Shown here: piece after piece, positions 42,703-51,445 of the stretch | Position numbering within the stretch: position 1 is the stretch's first letter | Layout: each line of letters opens with the position of its first letter | Assembly: GCA_038046785.1 (NCBI GenBank) | Contig: JBBSVM010000001.1 | Coordinates: 75,665 to 139,664 of the forward strand | DNA length: 64,000 bases | Direction of reading: 5' to 3' | From: Thermoplasmatota archaeon | GTDB lineage: Archaea > Thermoplasmatota > E2 > JACPAO01 > JAHFTW01 | Notes under the pieces: model-generated | What the model was told of the DNA's origin: nothing | What the model saw: only the letters and a program-made list of their open reading frames with translations | Databases searched by the model: none | Translations under genes and position numbers: made by a program

Positions 42703-43790
42703 CAATGCGCCCCCGGGATGCCGTGCTCGTTGAAGTCCTTCATCATCGCCGCCTGCTGCTCCTTGAGGATGGGCGGGAGGTTCTCGTAGACGTCCTCGAA
42801 CATCGTCTCCGCCGGCGAGTGAGGGCCGTTCTTCTCGGCCTCCCGGACCGCGGAGTCGACTTCGAGGATGGCGGCCTTGGCGACGGCGTCCATCTCCGCC
42901 TGAGTGAGAATCTTGTTGCGCAGGAGGTATGCCTCGAAGCGCTTGAGCGGGTCCTTCTCGGCCCACTTCTTGAACTCCTCGGGCGGGCAGTAGCGGCTCG
43001 GGTCGTCCGACGTGCTGTGCGCGCTCATGCGGAAGGTGACGAGCTCGATGAGCGTCGGGCCTTCGCCGTTGCGGGCGCGTTCGACGGCGTCGGCGGTGAC
43101 CTTGTAGACGGCGAGGATGTCGTTGCCGTCCACTTGGATGCCGGGCATCCCATAGGCGGCCGCCTTGATGGCGTACGATTCGGAGGCGCTCTGTTTCGCA
43201 GAGGGGACCGAAATGGCCCACTGGTTGTTCTCCAACATGAAGATGCAAGGGGACTTGGTGACGGCAGCCATGTTGAGGCCGCTGTGGAAGTCGATTTCCG
43301 AGCTGGAGCCGTCGCCGAAGCTGGTCATCGCGACCTGCTTGGTGCCCTTGAGCTTCATCGCGTAGGCGGCACCGGCGGCCTGCACGATCTGCGTGCCGAG
43401 CGGGCTGCTGATGGAGAAGAAATTGATGTCCTTGAAGGAATAGTGGACCGGCATCTGGCGGCCCTTGATTTCGTCGGCGGCGTTGCCGAAGCACTGGTTG
43501 GCCATGCGCAGCATCGAGACGCCGCGAAGCAGAGGTGTGCCCGGGTTGCGGTAGTGCGGGAAAATCCAGTCATCCTCGTTGAGGGCATACGCGGCCCCGA
43601 TGTGGCACGCCTCCTGCCCCAAGCAGGAGAGGTAGAAGCCGATGCGGCCCTGGCGCTGGAGAAGAATGAGTTTCTCGTCCATCTTGCGGATGCGCACCAT
43701 CGTGGTGTGGAGCCGCTTGAGGTCGGTGTCGGAGAGGTCCAACCCGAGGTCTTTCTTCTTGCTCTCCAGAAGGCTCAAAGGTTCCGCCAT
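42702..43790 (-). CDS. 2-oxoacid dehydrogenase E1 component alpha subunit (TPP-dependent)
   Basis: TPP-binding block SFGDGSSSEIDFHSGLN. Trimmed to ATG 43790. Confidence 0.9.
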   Translation of the reverse strand: MAEPLSLLESKKKDLGLDLSDTDLKRLHTTMVRIRKMDEKLILLQRQGRIGFYLSCLGQEACHIGAAYALNEDDWIFPHYRNPGTPLLRGVSMLRMANQCFGNAADEIKGRQMPVHYSFKDINFFSISSPLGTQIVQAAGAAYAMKLKGTKQVAMTSFGDGSSSEIDFHSGLNMAAVTKSPCIFMLENNQWAISVPSAKQSASESYAIKAAAYGMPGIQVDGNDILAVYKVTADAVERARNGEGPTLIELVTFRMSAHSTSDDPSRYCPPEEFKKWAEKDPLKRFEAYLLRNKILTQAEMDAVAKAAILEVDSAVREAEKNGPHSPAETMFEDVYENLPPILKEQQAAMMKDFNEHGIPGAH

Positions 43791-43944
43791 TGGGCTCAAG
43801 TCCCGCCAGAAGGGGGTGCCGCTTAAGCCTGAGCCAAGAAACATGAAAGCAAAATCATGGATTCTTGGCCGATGGTGGAAATCGTTCAGCCCAATCTTCG
43901 CACCGGTGCGGACTGAGATTGAAAACCTGTTCCGAACCGGGTGG

Positions 43945-44550
43945 CTACGCGATTCGCGAAGCTTCGGCCCGGTCGAGGTGCCAGTTCACGACGCTGATGG
44001 CGTGGTTGCCATGCATCCAGGCCGGTCCCAAACTGACACGCTTGGCGCCGCGCCGCTCCAGCAGCGCGTACTCGTCTGCCGCAAACGGGACGTGATCGGA
44101 GAGGAGGAACAAGGGGTCGGCTGGCGGCATCCAGTCGGCGATGCCCTCGCCCTCCGGGTCGAGCAGGACGAGGTCGCCTTTGCCTGCCAAATCGTCCAGG
44201 AGCCCCTCGAGCCCGAATGCGGCCACCGACAAGCCCGCCTGCGCCTCCTCCCAGTCGGGGACCGACCAAGGGGTGGCGAGCGCCTGCTGCAGCCGCGCTG
44301 CGGTCGAGCGCTCGTCGGGGTGGAGCATCTGGATGCGCGACCCTTCGATGCGCACGGTGCGGCCCCGGCCGGCGTCGCGCTCCAGAACGGCGTAGAACTC
44401 CGCGTCGCGGCGCAAGCCGTGGCTCAGGAAGAGGGCGGACTGGATGTTGCGGCAGAGCAGGTCGACGCGGCCCGCCTTGCCGGCGAGGTCGTTGAGGCTC
44501 CAGGCACCCGACGGGTCGGCGGTGTGGCTGACGGTGACGAAGCGGCGCAA
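43945..44550 (-). CDS. trmY: tRNA (pseudouridine54-N1)-methyltransferase, SPOUT family
   Basis: The N-terminus RRFVTV...DLAGKAGRVDLLCR and the protein size match archaeal TrmY/DUF358. TTG start. Confidence 0.7.
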   Translation of the reverse strand: MRRFVTVSHTADPSGAWSLNDLAGKAGRVDLLCRNIQSALFLSHGLRRDAEFYAVLERDAGRGRTVRIEGSRIQMLHPDERSTAARLQQALATPWSVPDWEEAQAGLSVAAFGLEGLLDDLAGKGDLVLLDPEGEGIADWMPPADPLFLLSDHVPFAADEYALLERRGAKRVSLGPAWMHGNHAISVVNWHLDRAEASRIA

Positions 44551-44558
44551 ACGGGGCC

Positions 44559-45914
44559 TCAGCGTCCGCCCGCCATTCCGCCGCCGCGCTGCCCGGGCAT
44601 TCCGCGCATCATTTGGCGTTGGAGCTTGCGGTTGCTGCCGAAGCCCTTCATCATTCCTTTCGTCGTCTCGTAGTACTTGAGAAGCTCGCGCACCTCGTTC
44701 GTGGTGCGGCCCGCTCCGCGCGCGATGCGGCCGATGCGGGGCGCCTTGAGCAGATTCGGCTCGTCGCGCTCATCCTCCGTCATGGAGTCGAGGATGACCC
44801 TGTAGGTCTTCATCTTGGCTTGCGTGCCCTCCATGTCGCGACCCTGAAGCATCTGCCCCATTTGGCCCGGCAGCATGGAGGCGACTTTGCCAAGGGGCCC
44901 CATCTTGGTGACCATGTCCATCTGCTCGCGCATGTCGTTGAGGCTGAAGCGGCCCGACAACATCTTGCGGGCCATCTTGTCGGCGTCCTTGCCCTCGGAA
45001 GCGGCTTTCGCTTTCTCCAGCAATGCCTCCAAGTCGCCCATGCCGAGCAGGCGGCCGATGAAGCGCTTCGGGTCGAGCGGTTCGAGTTCGTCCACGTGCT
45101 CGCCGGTGCCGATGAAGACGACGGGGGCTTGCGTGACGGCGACGGCGGACATTGCGCCGCCGCCCTTCGCAGTGCCGTCGAGTTTGGTGATGATGACGCC
45201 GGTGACTTGGACGGCGTCGTGGAACGCCTTCGCCTGCGACTCCGCCTGCTGGCCGACGGCGGCATCCATGACGAGGAATTTCTCGTCCGGCTTGGCCGCC
45301 GCGAAGATCTCCTTCATCTCTTCGATGAGCGACTCTTCCAGCTTGTCGCGGCCGGCGGTGTCGACGATGATGATGTCGGATTTCTTCTTCAGCTCGGCCA
45401 GGCCGCGCGTGACGATGCCTGCGGCGTTGCGCTCGCCCTTCTCGCCGTAGAAGGCGACCTGCACCTTGTCGGCGAGCTGCTTGAGCTGGTCGTGCGCGGC
45501 GGGACGGTGGACGTCGGCGGCGATGACGCCGATGCGCATGCCCTTTTTCTTGAAGTGGAGGGCGAGCTTGCCAGTCGTGGTCGTCTTGCCTTGGCCATAC
45601 AGGCCGACCATCATGATGGTCTGCTTCTTGAGCGGAATCTGGCGCGGCGCGCCGAGGATTTTGACGAGTTCGTCGTGGACGATGCGGACGACATGCTCGC
45701 GGTTCGACATGCCGGCGAGCGGCTTTTCCTCGAGGGCGCGCTTCTCGATGATTTTGCTGAGCGCCAGCACCTGCTTGACGTTCATGTCGGCCGAGATGAG
45801 GGCGCGCTGGATGTCGCGCGTCACCTCCTTGATGAGCGTCGCGTCGATGTGACCGGCGTTGGCGAGCTTCTTCAGGGTGGACCTGAGGGATTCGCCAAGA
45901 CCTTCCATGACCAT
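44559..45914 (-). CDS. srp54: signal recognition particle protein SRP54
   Basis: N and G domains (GLYGQGKTTT, DTAGR, TKLDG) plus a Met-rich M domain. Confidence 0.95.
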   Translation of the reverse strand: MVMEGLGESLRSTLKKLANAGHIDATLIKEVTRDIQRALISADMNVKQVLALSKIIEKRALEEKPLAGMSNREHVVRIVHDELVKILGAPRQIPLKKQTIMMVGLYGQGKTTTTGKLALHFKKKGMRIGVIAADVHRPAAHDQLKQLADKVQVAFYGEKGERNAAGIVTRGLAELKKKSDIIIVDTAGRDKLEESLIEEMKEIFAAAKPDEKFLVMDAAVGQQAESQAKAFHDAVQVTGVIITKLDGTAKGGGAMSAVAVTQAPVVFIGTGEHVDELEPLDPKRFIGRLLGMGDLEALLEKAKAASEGKDADKMARKMLSGRFSLNDMREQMDMVTKMGPLGKVASMLPGQMGQMLQGRDMEGTQAKMKTYRVILDSMTEDERDEPNLLKAPRIGRIARGAGRTTNEVRELLKYYETTKGMMKGFGSNRKLQRQMMRGMPGQRGGGMAGGR

Positions 45915-45950
45915 GGCCGGTTCGACGGATTGCAGGTATTTGAACAGCGT

Positions 45951-46139
45951 TCAGAGGACGGCGAGGAGTTCGGCGACCGTGATTCCCGATTGCGCCAGAA
46001 TCTCATGGAGTGTTCCGGTGTCCAGAGCATCGTGAAGGAGCACAACGGCGCGGCGGCCGTCCGCCTCTCGCTTCAGGGTGAGATGGCTGCCTTTCTGGTG
46101 GTGCGGTTCGAAACCGATTCGACCCATTGCGCGCACCAA
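45951..46139 (-). CDS. hicA: HicA-like mRNA interferase toxin (start uncertain)
   Basis: GFEPHHQKGSHLTLKR...GTLHEILAQSGI matches the HicA fold signature. Conserved residues (KLPRSLPARRLV) extend upstream of the first canonical start (TTG 46139) to a CTG at 46172. Confidence 0.6.
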   Translation of the reverse strand: MVRAMGRIGFEPHHQKGSHLTLKREADGRRAVVLLHDALDTGTLHEILAQSGITVAELLAVL

Positions 46140-46168
46140 TCGCCGTGCAGGAAGGGAGCGTGGAAGTT

Positions 46169-46411
46169 TCAGCCGACCACCACCAAGGAGGCGTCGAGAT
46201 GGTCTTCGGGGACCGTCTCTCCATCCAGCTCCAGGCTTTCGGTGTAGGCCTGGATGGCCTCCTTGATGTTCTCGAGCGCCTCGGCTTGGGTGCGGCCTTG
46301 GCTGATGCAGCCGGGCAAGCTTGGGCAATGGACCACCCACCATCCTTCCTCGCCGGGCCGGAGGAGGACTTGGCGCTTGGCAGCCATCGTGGCGAATTGC
46401 GTATTGGCCAT
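46169..46411 (-). CDS. hicB: HicB-family antitoxin (UPF0150)
   Basis: 80 aa. CPSLPGCISQGRTQAEALENIKEAI is the classic HicB N-domain. Confidence 0.8.
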   Translation of the reverse strand: MANTQFATMAAKRQVLLRPGEEGWWVVHCPSLPGCISQGRTQAEALENIKEAIQAYTESLELDGETVPEDHLDASLVVVG

Positions 46412-46479
46412 ACTTGACGCTTGCGAAGGCAGAACTCGCTATCGCCGCCCCGGACTGGCCGCGGCCTGTGCGGTTTCAC

Positions 46480-46710
46480 TCAGCCCACAATCAAGTCCAA
46501 AGCGACGCCGAGTCCCTTCGGCTCCTCGCGCAGCCCCGGCAGCGCCCGTTTGGCCCGCTTTACGACGCCCCGCGCCGCGCCGGCTTTCATGCCGTCGGCG
46601 CGCAGCTGGAAGTAGAGCCGGCGCAGCGTTTTGCGAATCCCGAGCCAGTTCCAGCGCCGGCACGCCAAGGCGCCAAGCAGGGCGTCCTTCACCAGGTCGC
46701 GTCGGGTCAC
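46480..46710 (-). CDS. small basic protein, hypothetical
   Basis: GTG 46710 lies 2 nt after the pepA stop. 76 aa, GC-rich third positions, no motif recognised. Confidence 0.35.
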   Translation of the reverse strand: MTRRDLVKDALLGALACRRWNWLGIRKTLRRLYFQLRADGMKAGAARGVVKRAKRALPGLREEPKGLGVALDLIVG

Positions 46711-46712
46711 AC

Positions 46713-48212
46713 TCACTCCGCAAGGATGCGGGCCAGGACGATGCGCAGGCCAGCCGCCGTCGGCCCCTTGGCGAAGTAGTCCACGCCTGGCGTCCACGCT
46801 TTCGAGGCGATGTCGAGGTGGGCCCACTTCGTCTCCTTGGCGAAGTGCTTCAGGAACGAGCCGCCGATGCTGGTGCCGGCGCGGCTGGTGAGGCTGATGT
46901 TCTGCAGGTCGGCGTAGGCGCCCTTGTTGGCCTCGTCGTACTCCTCGCCCTGCGGCAGCTGCCACGCCTTGTCGCCGGCCGCCTTGGAGTCGGCGACGAG
47001 CTGCTCGGCGAACTTGTCCTGGTTGCTCATGACCGCGACGTAGGTCGGGCCGACGGCGTAGTCGCAGGCGCCCGTGAGTGTTGCCATGTCGATGATCCAG
47101 GTCGGCTGGAACGTCTGCGCGTGCGCGAGGGCATCGGCCAAGATGAGGCGGCCCTCGGCGTCGGTGTTGAGCACCTCGATGGTGGTGCCGTCCTTCGCGG
47201 TGACGATGTCGCCGGGGCGCTGCGCCGTGCCGGAGGGCATGTTCTCGACGCAGGGGGTGATCCCGATGACGCGATGCTTGACGCCGAGGCGCTTCAGGAT
47301 GCCCATCAGCGCGATGGTGTTGCAGGCGCCAATCTTGTCGTACTTCATCTCCCACATCTTGTCGCCCGGCTTGAGCGAGATGCCGCCGGAGTCAAAGCAG
47401 ACGCCCTTCCCGACCACGACGAGCGTTTTCTTGGCGCCCTTCGGGTGGTAATCCATCGTGATGAGTTTCTCTTCGTTGACGGAACCCTGCGCGACGCCGC
47501 AGAGGGCGTTGTAGCCCTCCTTGCGGAGTTGGTCGCGTCCCTTGATGGCGATGGTGAAGCCGTGCTTCTTGGCGCGCTCTTGAGCAGCGGCGGCAAGGAA
47601 GGTGGGGGTGGCGATGTTGGCGGGCGTGTTGGAGAGAATGCGCGAATCGTTGACCGCCTCTGAGACCAAGGCGGCGCGCTCAATCGCCTTTTTCGCCGCG
47701 TTGCCGGCGGCGCCGGCCGGGACGAGAACCTGGAGCGTCGCCAGCTTCACCGGCTTGGGCGGAGCGGGTTCGCCCTTCTTCGGCGTCTCGTCCTTCTTCG
47801 ATTTCCACTGATCGAAGTCGAGGGCGCCGATGAGGCAGCCGTGCGTGACCGCCTGCGCGGCCGCCGCGTCCTTCCAAGTGTCGAGGACCAGCGTCGTGGC
47901 GGCGACGGTGCAGCCGAGGCCTGCCGCCGCGCGGGCGCCCAGGTTGGCCAGCGTGCCAATCTTCTCCTGCGTCAGCGCCTTCACGTCGCCGAGGCCAACG
48001 AAGATGACCCAGCCTTTCGAGGAGGGCAGGGTGCGCACGGTCTTGAACGGCAAGGACACGTTCTTGTTCGCGAGAAGGGCATGCACCGCCATGTCGGCGC
48101 CCTCGTCGAGGCCGAGTGCCTTGAGGCCGGGCGCCTTGCGGTCCTTGTCCACCCCGAGGATGAACGCGCTGGCCTTCAGATTGGTCGCGGAGACGGGGAC
48201 GACGGTGACCAT
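46713..48212 (-). CDS. pepA: leucyl aminopeptidase (M17)
   Basis: NTDAEGRLILADAL signature and VGKGVCFDSGGISLKP. Confidence 0.9.
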   Translation of the reverse strand: MVTVVPVSATNLKASAFILGVDKDRKAPGLKALGLDEGADMAVHALLANKNVSLPFKTVRTLPSSKGWVIFVGLGDVKALTQEKIGTLANLGARAAAGLGCTVAATTLVLDTWKDAAAAQAVTHGCLIGALDFDQWKSKKDETPKKGEPAPPKPVKLATLQVLVPAGAAGNAAKKAIERAALVSEAVNDSRILSNTPANIATPTFLAAAAQERAKKHGFTIAIKGRDQLRKEGYNALCGVAQGSVNEEKLITMDYHPKGAKKTLVVVGKGVCFDSGGISLKPGDKMWEMKYDKIGACNTIALMGILKRLGVKHRVIGITPCVENMPSGTAQRPGDIVTAKDGTTIEVLNTDAEGRLILADALAHAQTFQPTWIIDMATLTGACDYAVGPTYVAVMSNQDKFAEQLVADSKAAGDKAWQLPQGEEYDEANKGAYADLQNISLTSRAGTSIGGSFLKHFAKETKWAHLDIASKAWTPGVDYFAKGPTAAGLRIVLARILAE

Positions 48213-48262
48213 GCCTGCGCCAACGGGGGCGGGCTCTTAACGAAGGCGCCCGGTGCTGGCGC

Positions 48263-48520
48263 GTGGACTTGGCCGAGCGGACGCGCGATTTCCTCGCCGA
48301 CCCGGTGCCGCTGCTCGCCGATGGCTGCGCGGCGAGGCAGAACGGCGCGGCCGCGGACGCCACGACGGTCGCAACGTTGCTGCGCGGTGCCGTCGTCGAG
48401 GACCTTGCGGTGAAGCGCAACGTCGTGTTCCTGCAATGGCGCGCCTCCGCGGCGCACGGTGCCGCCGTCGTTGCGTGGGACCAGGACGGGCGCGTCACCG
48501 CGCTCGACATCTGGGACTAA
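48263..48520 (+). CDS. hypothetical protein
   Basis: 85-aa ORF with a GTG start and strongly GC-biased third positions. It lies in the gap between pepA and the HAD gene. Confidence 0.45.
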   Translation: MDLAERTRDFLADPVPLLADGCAARQNGAAADATTVATLLRGAVVEDLAVKRNVVFLQWRASAAHGAAVVAWDQDGRVTALDIWD

Positions 48521-49245
48521 TTGGTATGCCGCAAAACAAGCGGCAGCATCTGGTCGAGCGGACCATCCTCGATGGTCCAGGTCGCATGGTCACGCGTATA
48601 GTCGTCCTCGGGGTGGAACGCGATGCTGCGGCCAGCGACTTCGAACATGCTGACGTCGGGAAGCGAGTTGCCAATCGAGAGAACGCGCTCGAGCGGGATG
48701 CCCAGTTCCTTCGCGAAGCGGACAACGGGGGCGGCCTTGTCGTTGAGCGGCGTGCGGACGACTCCTTCGCCAGTGATGTGGCCCGCGTGGTCGTACACGA
48801 AGCCGTTGGCAGCGACGCGCGGGATGCCAAGCCGTTTCGCGACCGCTTCCGCCATGACATCGACACCGCCCGAGACGATGGCGACCTCGATGCCCTCGGC
48901 CTTGAGCGTCTCGACGGTGCGCTCGACGCCAGCCATGAATGGCGGCGTGCGGAAAATGTGCTCGAAATCGGAGCGCGCGAGCTTGGGTTTCAGCTTGAGC
49001 CAGAGCGCCGCGTCGCGGCGGATGAACTCCTTGTCATCGAACTCGCCGTTGAGGTACGCCCGCAGGCTCGCCTCGTTCTGCACGCCGAAATGCTTGTGCA
49101 CCATCACCCAGGAGGAGCCGACGTCAATGAGGACGCCATCCATGTCGAAGCAGACCAACTCGACGGGAACCTCGGGGCCCGGCATCGGTGTCTTGGGACG
49201 CACCACGCGGTGCTTATGGTAGAAATTCGCCAGCGCGTCCTTCAC
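48517..49245 (-). CDS. HAD-superfamily phosphatase (phosphoserine phosphatase-like)
   Basis: HAD motif I CFDMDGVLI and motif IV-like GNSLPD. GTG 49245 overlaps the upstream stop (GTGA). ATG 49185 is an alternative start. Confidence 0.75.
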   Translation of the reverse strand: MKDALANFYHKHRVVRPKTPMPGPEVPVELVCFDMDGVLIDVGSSWVMVHKHFGVQNEASLRAYLNGEFDDKEFIRRDAALWLKLKPKLARSDFEHIFRTPPFMAGVERTVETLKAEGIEVAIVSGGVDVMAEAVAKRLGIPRVAANGFVYDHAGHITGEGVVRTPLNDKAAPVVRFAKELGIPLERVLSIGNSLPDVSMFEVAGRSIAFHPEDDYTRDHATWTIEDGPLDQMLPLVLRHTN

Positions 49246-49982
49246 GCGACCGGCTCCTTGAGGCCGGAGAATGTGATGCGGCTGTCGAAGTCTTTGGCGC
49301 CCGTGAGGACGAAGGCGGAAGTGTTCGGGGTCGGGCTGGTGAGGCTGCGGCCGACGGTGACGAACAGCGTGTCGCCCGCCACGAAGGCGCCTTCGCCGTC
49401 GGGCGCCGTCGCGGAGAAGCTCAGCTCGTAGTCCCCCGGGGCGACCGTGGGGCCGCCCGGTCCGCTGCAGACTCCGCCGTAAAACACCTTGTCCGGGTCT
49501 TGGCCGCCCTGGTCGTCGGGGCTGCGCACCGCAGCCTGCAGGCTCCACGGGCAGGAGGGCTCCCCCTCGGGCAACCCGACGAGCTGGTCCACGACGCGGA
49601 CCCAGATGGTGGCGTCGAATGCCGAGAGCCTTCCGTTGCTGCGAAGTGCGTACGTCCAGAAGGCGTCTGCTCCGCCGAAGCCAGCACCGCTGCTGGCGGG
49701 CAGTTCCGTCTGGTTTGGTTCGACGCCGGTCGGAATCGTCCCGTTCATGCCGCCCGCGCTGTCGAAGTGCAGGGTGTCGGTGAGGACGACCGGCTTCGGC
49801 TTGGGAGTCAAGCTGGTGGAACTGCTGGAGGGTGCCGCACTCGAAGCGGATGACTCGGTCGCGCTCTCGGCACAGCCGGAGAGCAGCAGCAGAACGGAGG
49901 CCACCACGAGGACGCGCACGACCTTGTCACAGGGGGCGCCACAAAGGCGTTTGGGGCCGCAGCCCTCAAGAAGCAGCGCCAT
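49242..49982 (-). CDS. lipoprotein, hypothetical
   Basis: Lipobox LLSGC followed by a Ser-rich linker. The start may be an internal GTG (VVRVLVV). Confidence 0.6.
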   Translation of the reverse strand: MALLLEGCGPKRLCGAPCDKVVRVLVVASVLLLLSGCAESATESSASSAAPSSSSTSLTPKPKPVVLTDTLHFDSAGGMNGTIPTGVEPNQTELPASSGAGFGGADAFWTYALRSNGRLSAFDATIWVRVVDQLVGLPEGEPSCPWSLQAAVRSPDDQGGQDPDKVFYGGVCSGPGGPTVAPGDYELSFSATAPDGEGAFVAGDTLFVTVGRSLTSPTPNTSAFVLTGAKDFDSRITFSGLKEPVA

Positions 49983-49990
49983 CCTGGCTT

Positions 49991-50301
49991 GGCTGACCCC
50001 CTCGCCCCAGAGCGGCTAACGGTGCCCGCAAGGGAACTGAGGAAGGTCGCCACATCTCTGACAAGGAACAGTGCCGCACAAGCGGTGGACTGGAGACGGT
50101 CCGTCGGGGCGCAGAAACGACACAGCCAGCCGCATGGAATGAGAGGGATGTGCCCTCGACGTCGCGGCTGGATTTGCTGAAACGTGCCATCGACCCTGGG
50201 ATGCAAGCCCGCAAGGGCGCGCAGTCGGATGCCGCTTGCCGGCCACCCGCGAGGGTGCCCGGGAAACAGAATGGCGCCTACTCGGGGCTGGGGGGTCACC
50301 T
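49991..50301 (+). ncRNA. rnpB: RNase P RNA (type A-like)
   Basis: The ~310-nt region has no credible ORF. CR-I-like GAGGAAGGUCGCC (50039-50051) can pair with ACAGAAUGGCGCCUAC (50266-50281) to form P4 with a bulged U. The termini pair as P1/P2 (UGACCCCC..GCCCC with GGGGC..GGGGGUCA). There is also a P3-like hairpin with a GCAA loop and a GCAGAAAC-type J11/12 stretch. Confidence 0.75.
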
Positions 50302-50451
50302 CGCTTCGCTCGGTGCCCCATCCCCGCCCCGAGCATCCGCTCGGGCCTTCGGCCCTCGCTGCGCCGGAGCGCTGCTGCGCTCCGTCGCCTACTCGGCCAG
50401 GGCTTCGCCCTGGACCCCTACGTTCATGGCAAAGGTCCGTGTCGCTCTCTT

Positions 50452-50820
50452 GTGGCTGGAAAACCGGTCGGCTTTGCGCTTGCCTTGGTTGCTGTCTTCC
50501 TTGGCGCCGTCGTCGTTGGTCGCCTTCTGCTCGTCGGGAACGCGGCGTGGGGGTTGGTGCTTCTTGCCTCGCCGTTCCTTGTGGTCCTGATGGCTCGATT
50601 GGCGGGTCTGCCCGCCGCCCTCCTTGTCCTCGCCGTCTTCGTCCTCGTGGCGCTCGCCAGCCGCAGCCTGCTCGCGGAGCCGAAGGCTGGCTGGGTCGTG
50701 TTTCTTCTCGTGCCGGTGGCGGCGCTCACGACGGGGCTCGCTGCCTCGGTCGTCAAAGCGCTCACAGCGAAAGGAACGGGAGATGAAAAACGGGGGAAGG
50801 AAGGGGAAAAGGAAATCTGA
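50452..50820 (+). CDS. membrane protein, hypothetical
   Basis: In-frame GTG 50452 in track ORF 50236..50820. Four hydrophobic helices and a Lys/Glu-rich tail. Confidence 0.45.
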   Translation: MAGKPVGFALALVAVFLGAVVVGRLLLVGNAAWGLVLLASPFLVVLMARLAGLPAALLVLAVFVLVALASRSLLAEPKAGWVVFLLVPVAALTTGLAASVVKALTAKGTGDEKRGKEGEKEI

Positions 50821-50826
50821 CGCGAT

Positions 50827-51048
50827 TTACTTCTTCGCGGCGGCCTTGTTGGCCAGGAACGGCAGGCCGGTGCGGGCGTTGATGCCGACCTTCTTGCCGG
50901 CCGGCATGTCGCTCCACTTGCAGCCGGGCTTCAGCTTGGCGCCGATCTTGCAGAAGAAGTAGATCTGCTGCTTGCGGCCGCCCTTGAGCTCGACGCTGCG
51001 CGTCGCCAGGTGGTAGACTCCCTTCGTGGTCTTGTGTTCGTATGGCAT
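50827..51048 (-). CDS. small basic protein, hypothetical
   Basis: 73 aa from ATG 51048 (MPYEHKTTKGVYHLATRSVELKGGRKQQIYFF...). A TTATAG box lies ~40 nt upstream on the coding strand. Confidence 0.55.
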   Translation of the reverse strand: MPYEHKTTKGVYHLATRSVELKGGRKQQIYFFCKIGAKLKPGCKWSDMPAGKKVGINARTGLPFLANKAAAKK

Positions 51049-51181
51049 AGTGGCATCCCGCCAGGAGTGGAACGGTGATGCCACGGCTATAACCTTGCCG
51101 AAACGCAACAGGAGGGCTCCAGGAGGGCGAAAACGGCATCTCCCCATCTGTTGCCTCCTGGTTCCCTCCTGGACCGGTTCC

Positions 51182-51240
51182 AACCTTCAAACGAAGGCTG
51201 GTCACCTTGGACGGCAGGGCCCTTGTTCCGCGGCGGGCCC
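51182..51240 (-). other. conserved two-hairpin module downstream of tRNA-Tyr
   Basis: In minus sense: GGGCCC...GGGCCC hairpin, then TGCCGTCCAAGGTGACC, then hairpin AGCCTTC-GTTT-GAAGGTT. 29 of 35 nt are identical to the tRNA-Thr-linked copy. Confidence 0.6.
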
Positions 51241-51322
51241 CACCGGCAGGTCCTGGCTTTCGCTCGGAGATTTCTGAGGAAAGGGCGGTGGAGAACCGCA
51301 CAGGGCCGATGACCCTCCCAAG

Positions 51323-51396
51323 TCGGGACTACCGGATTTGAACCGGTGTACTCCAGATTTACAGTCTGGCGCCTAACCGAGCTAGACTAAGTCCCG
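51323..51396 (-). tRNA. tRNA-Tyr (GUA)
   Basis: The reverse complement folds with acceptor CGGGACT/AGTCCCG, anticodon loop CTGTAAA and T arm ACCGG-TTCAAAT-CCGGT. No CCA. Confidence 0.9.
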
Positions 51397-51445
51397 ATCC
51401 GGTTGGATTGGGGCGCCAGCGGGACCAGCCCGCAAGCGGCGCGAC

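Noticed and set aside
50016-50336. Short ORFs (82-163 aa) on both strands across 49808-50336.
   Set aside because: They overlap the region that folds as RNase P RNA. They have no motifs, and their composition is that of random high-GC frames.
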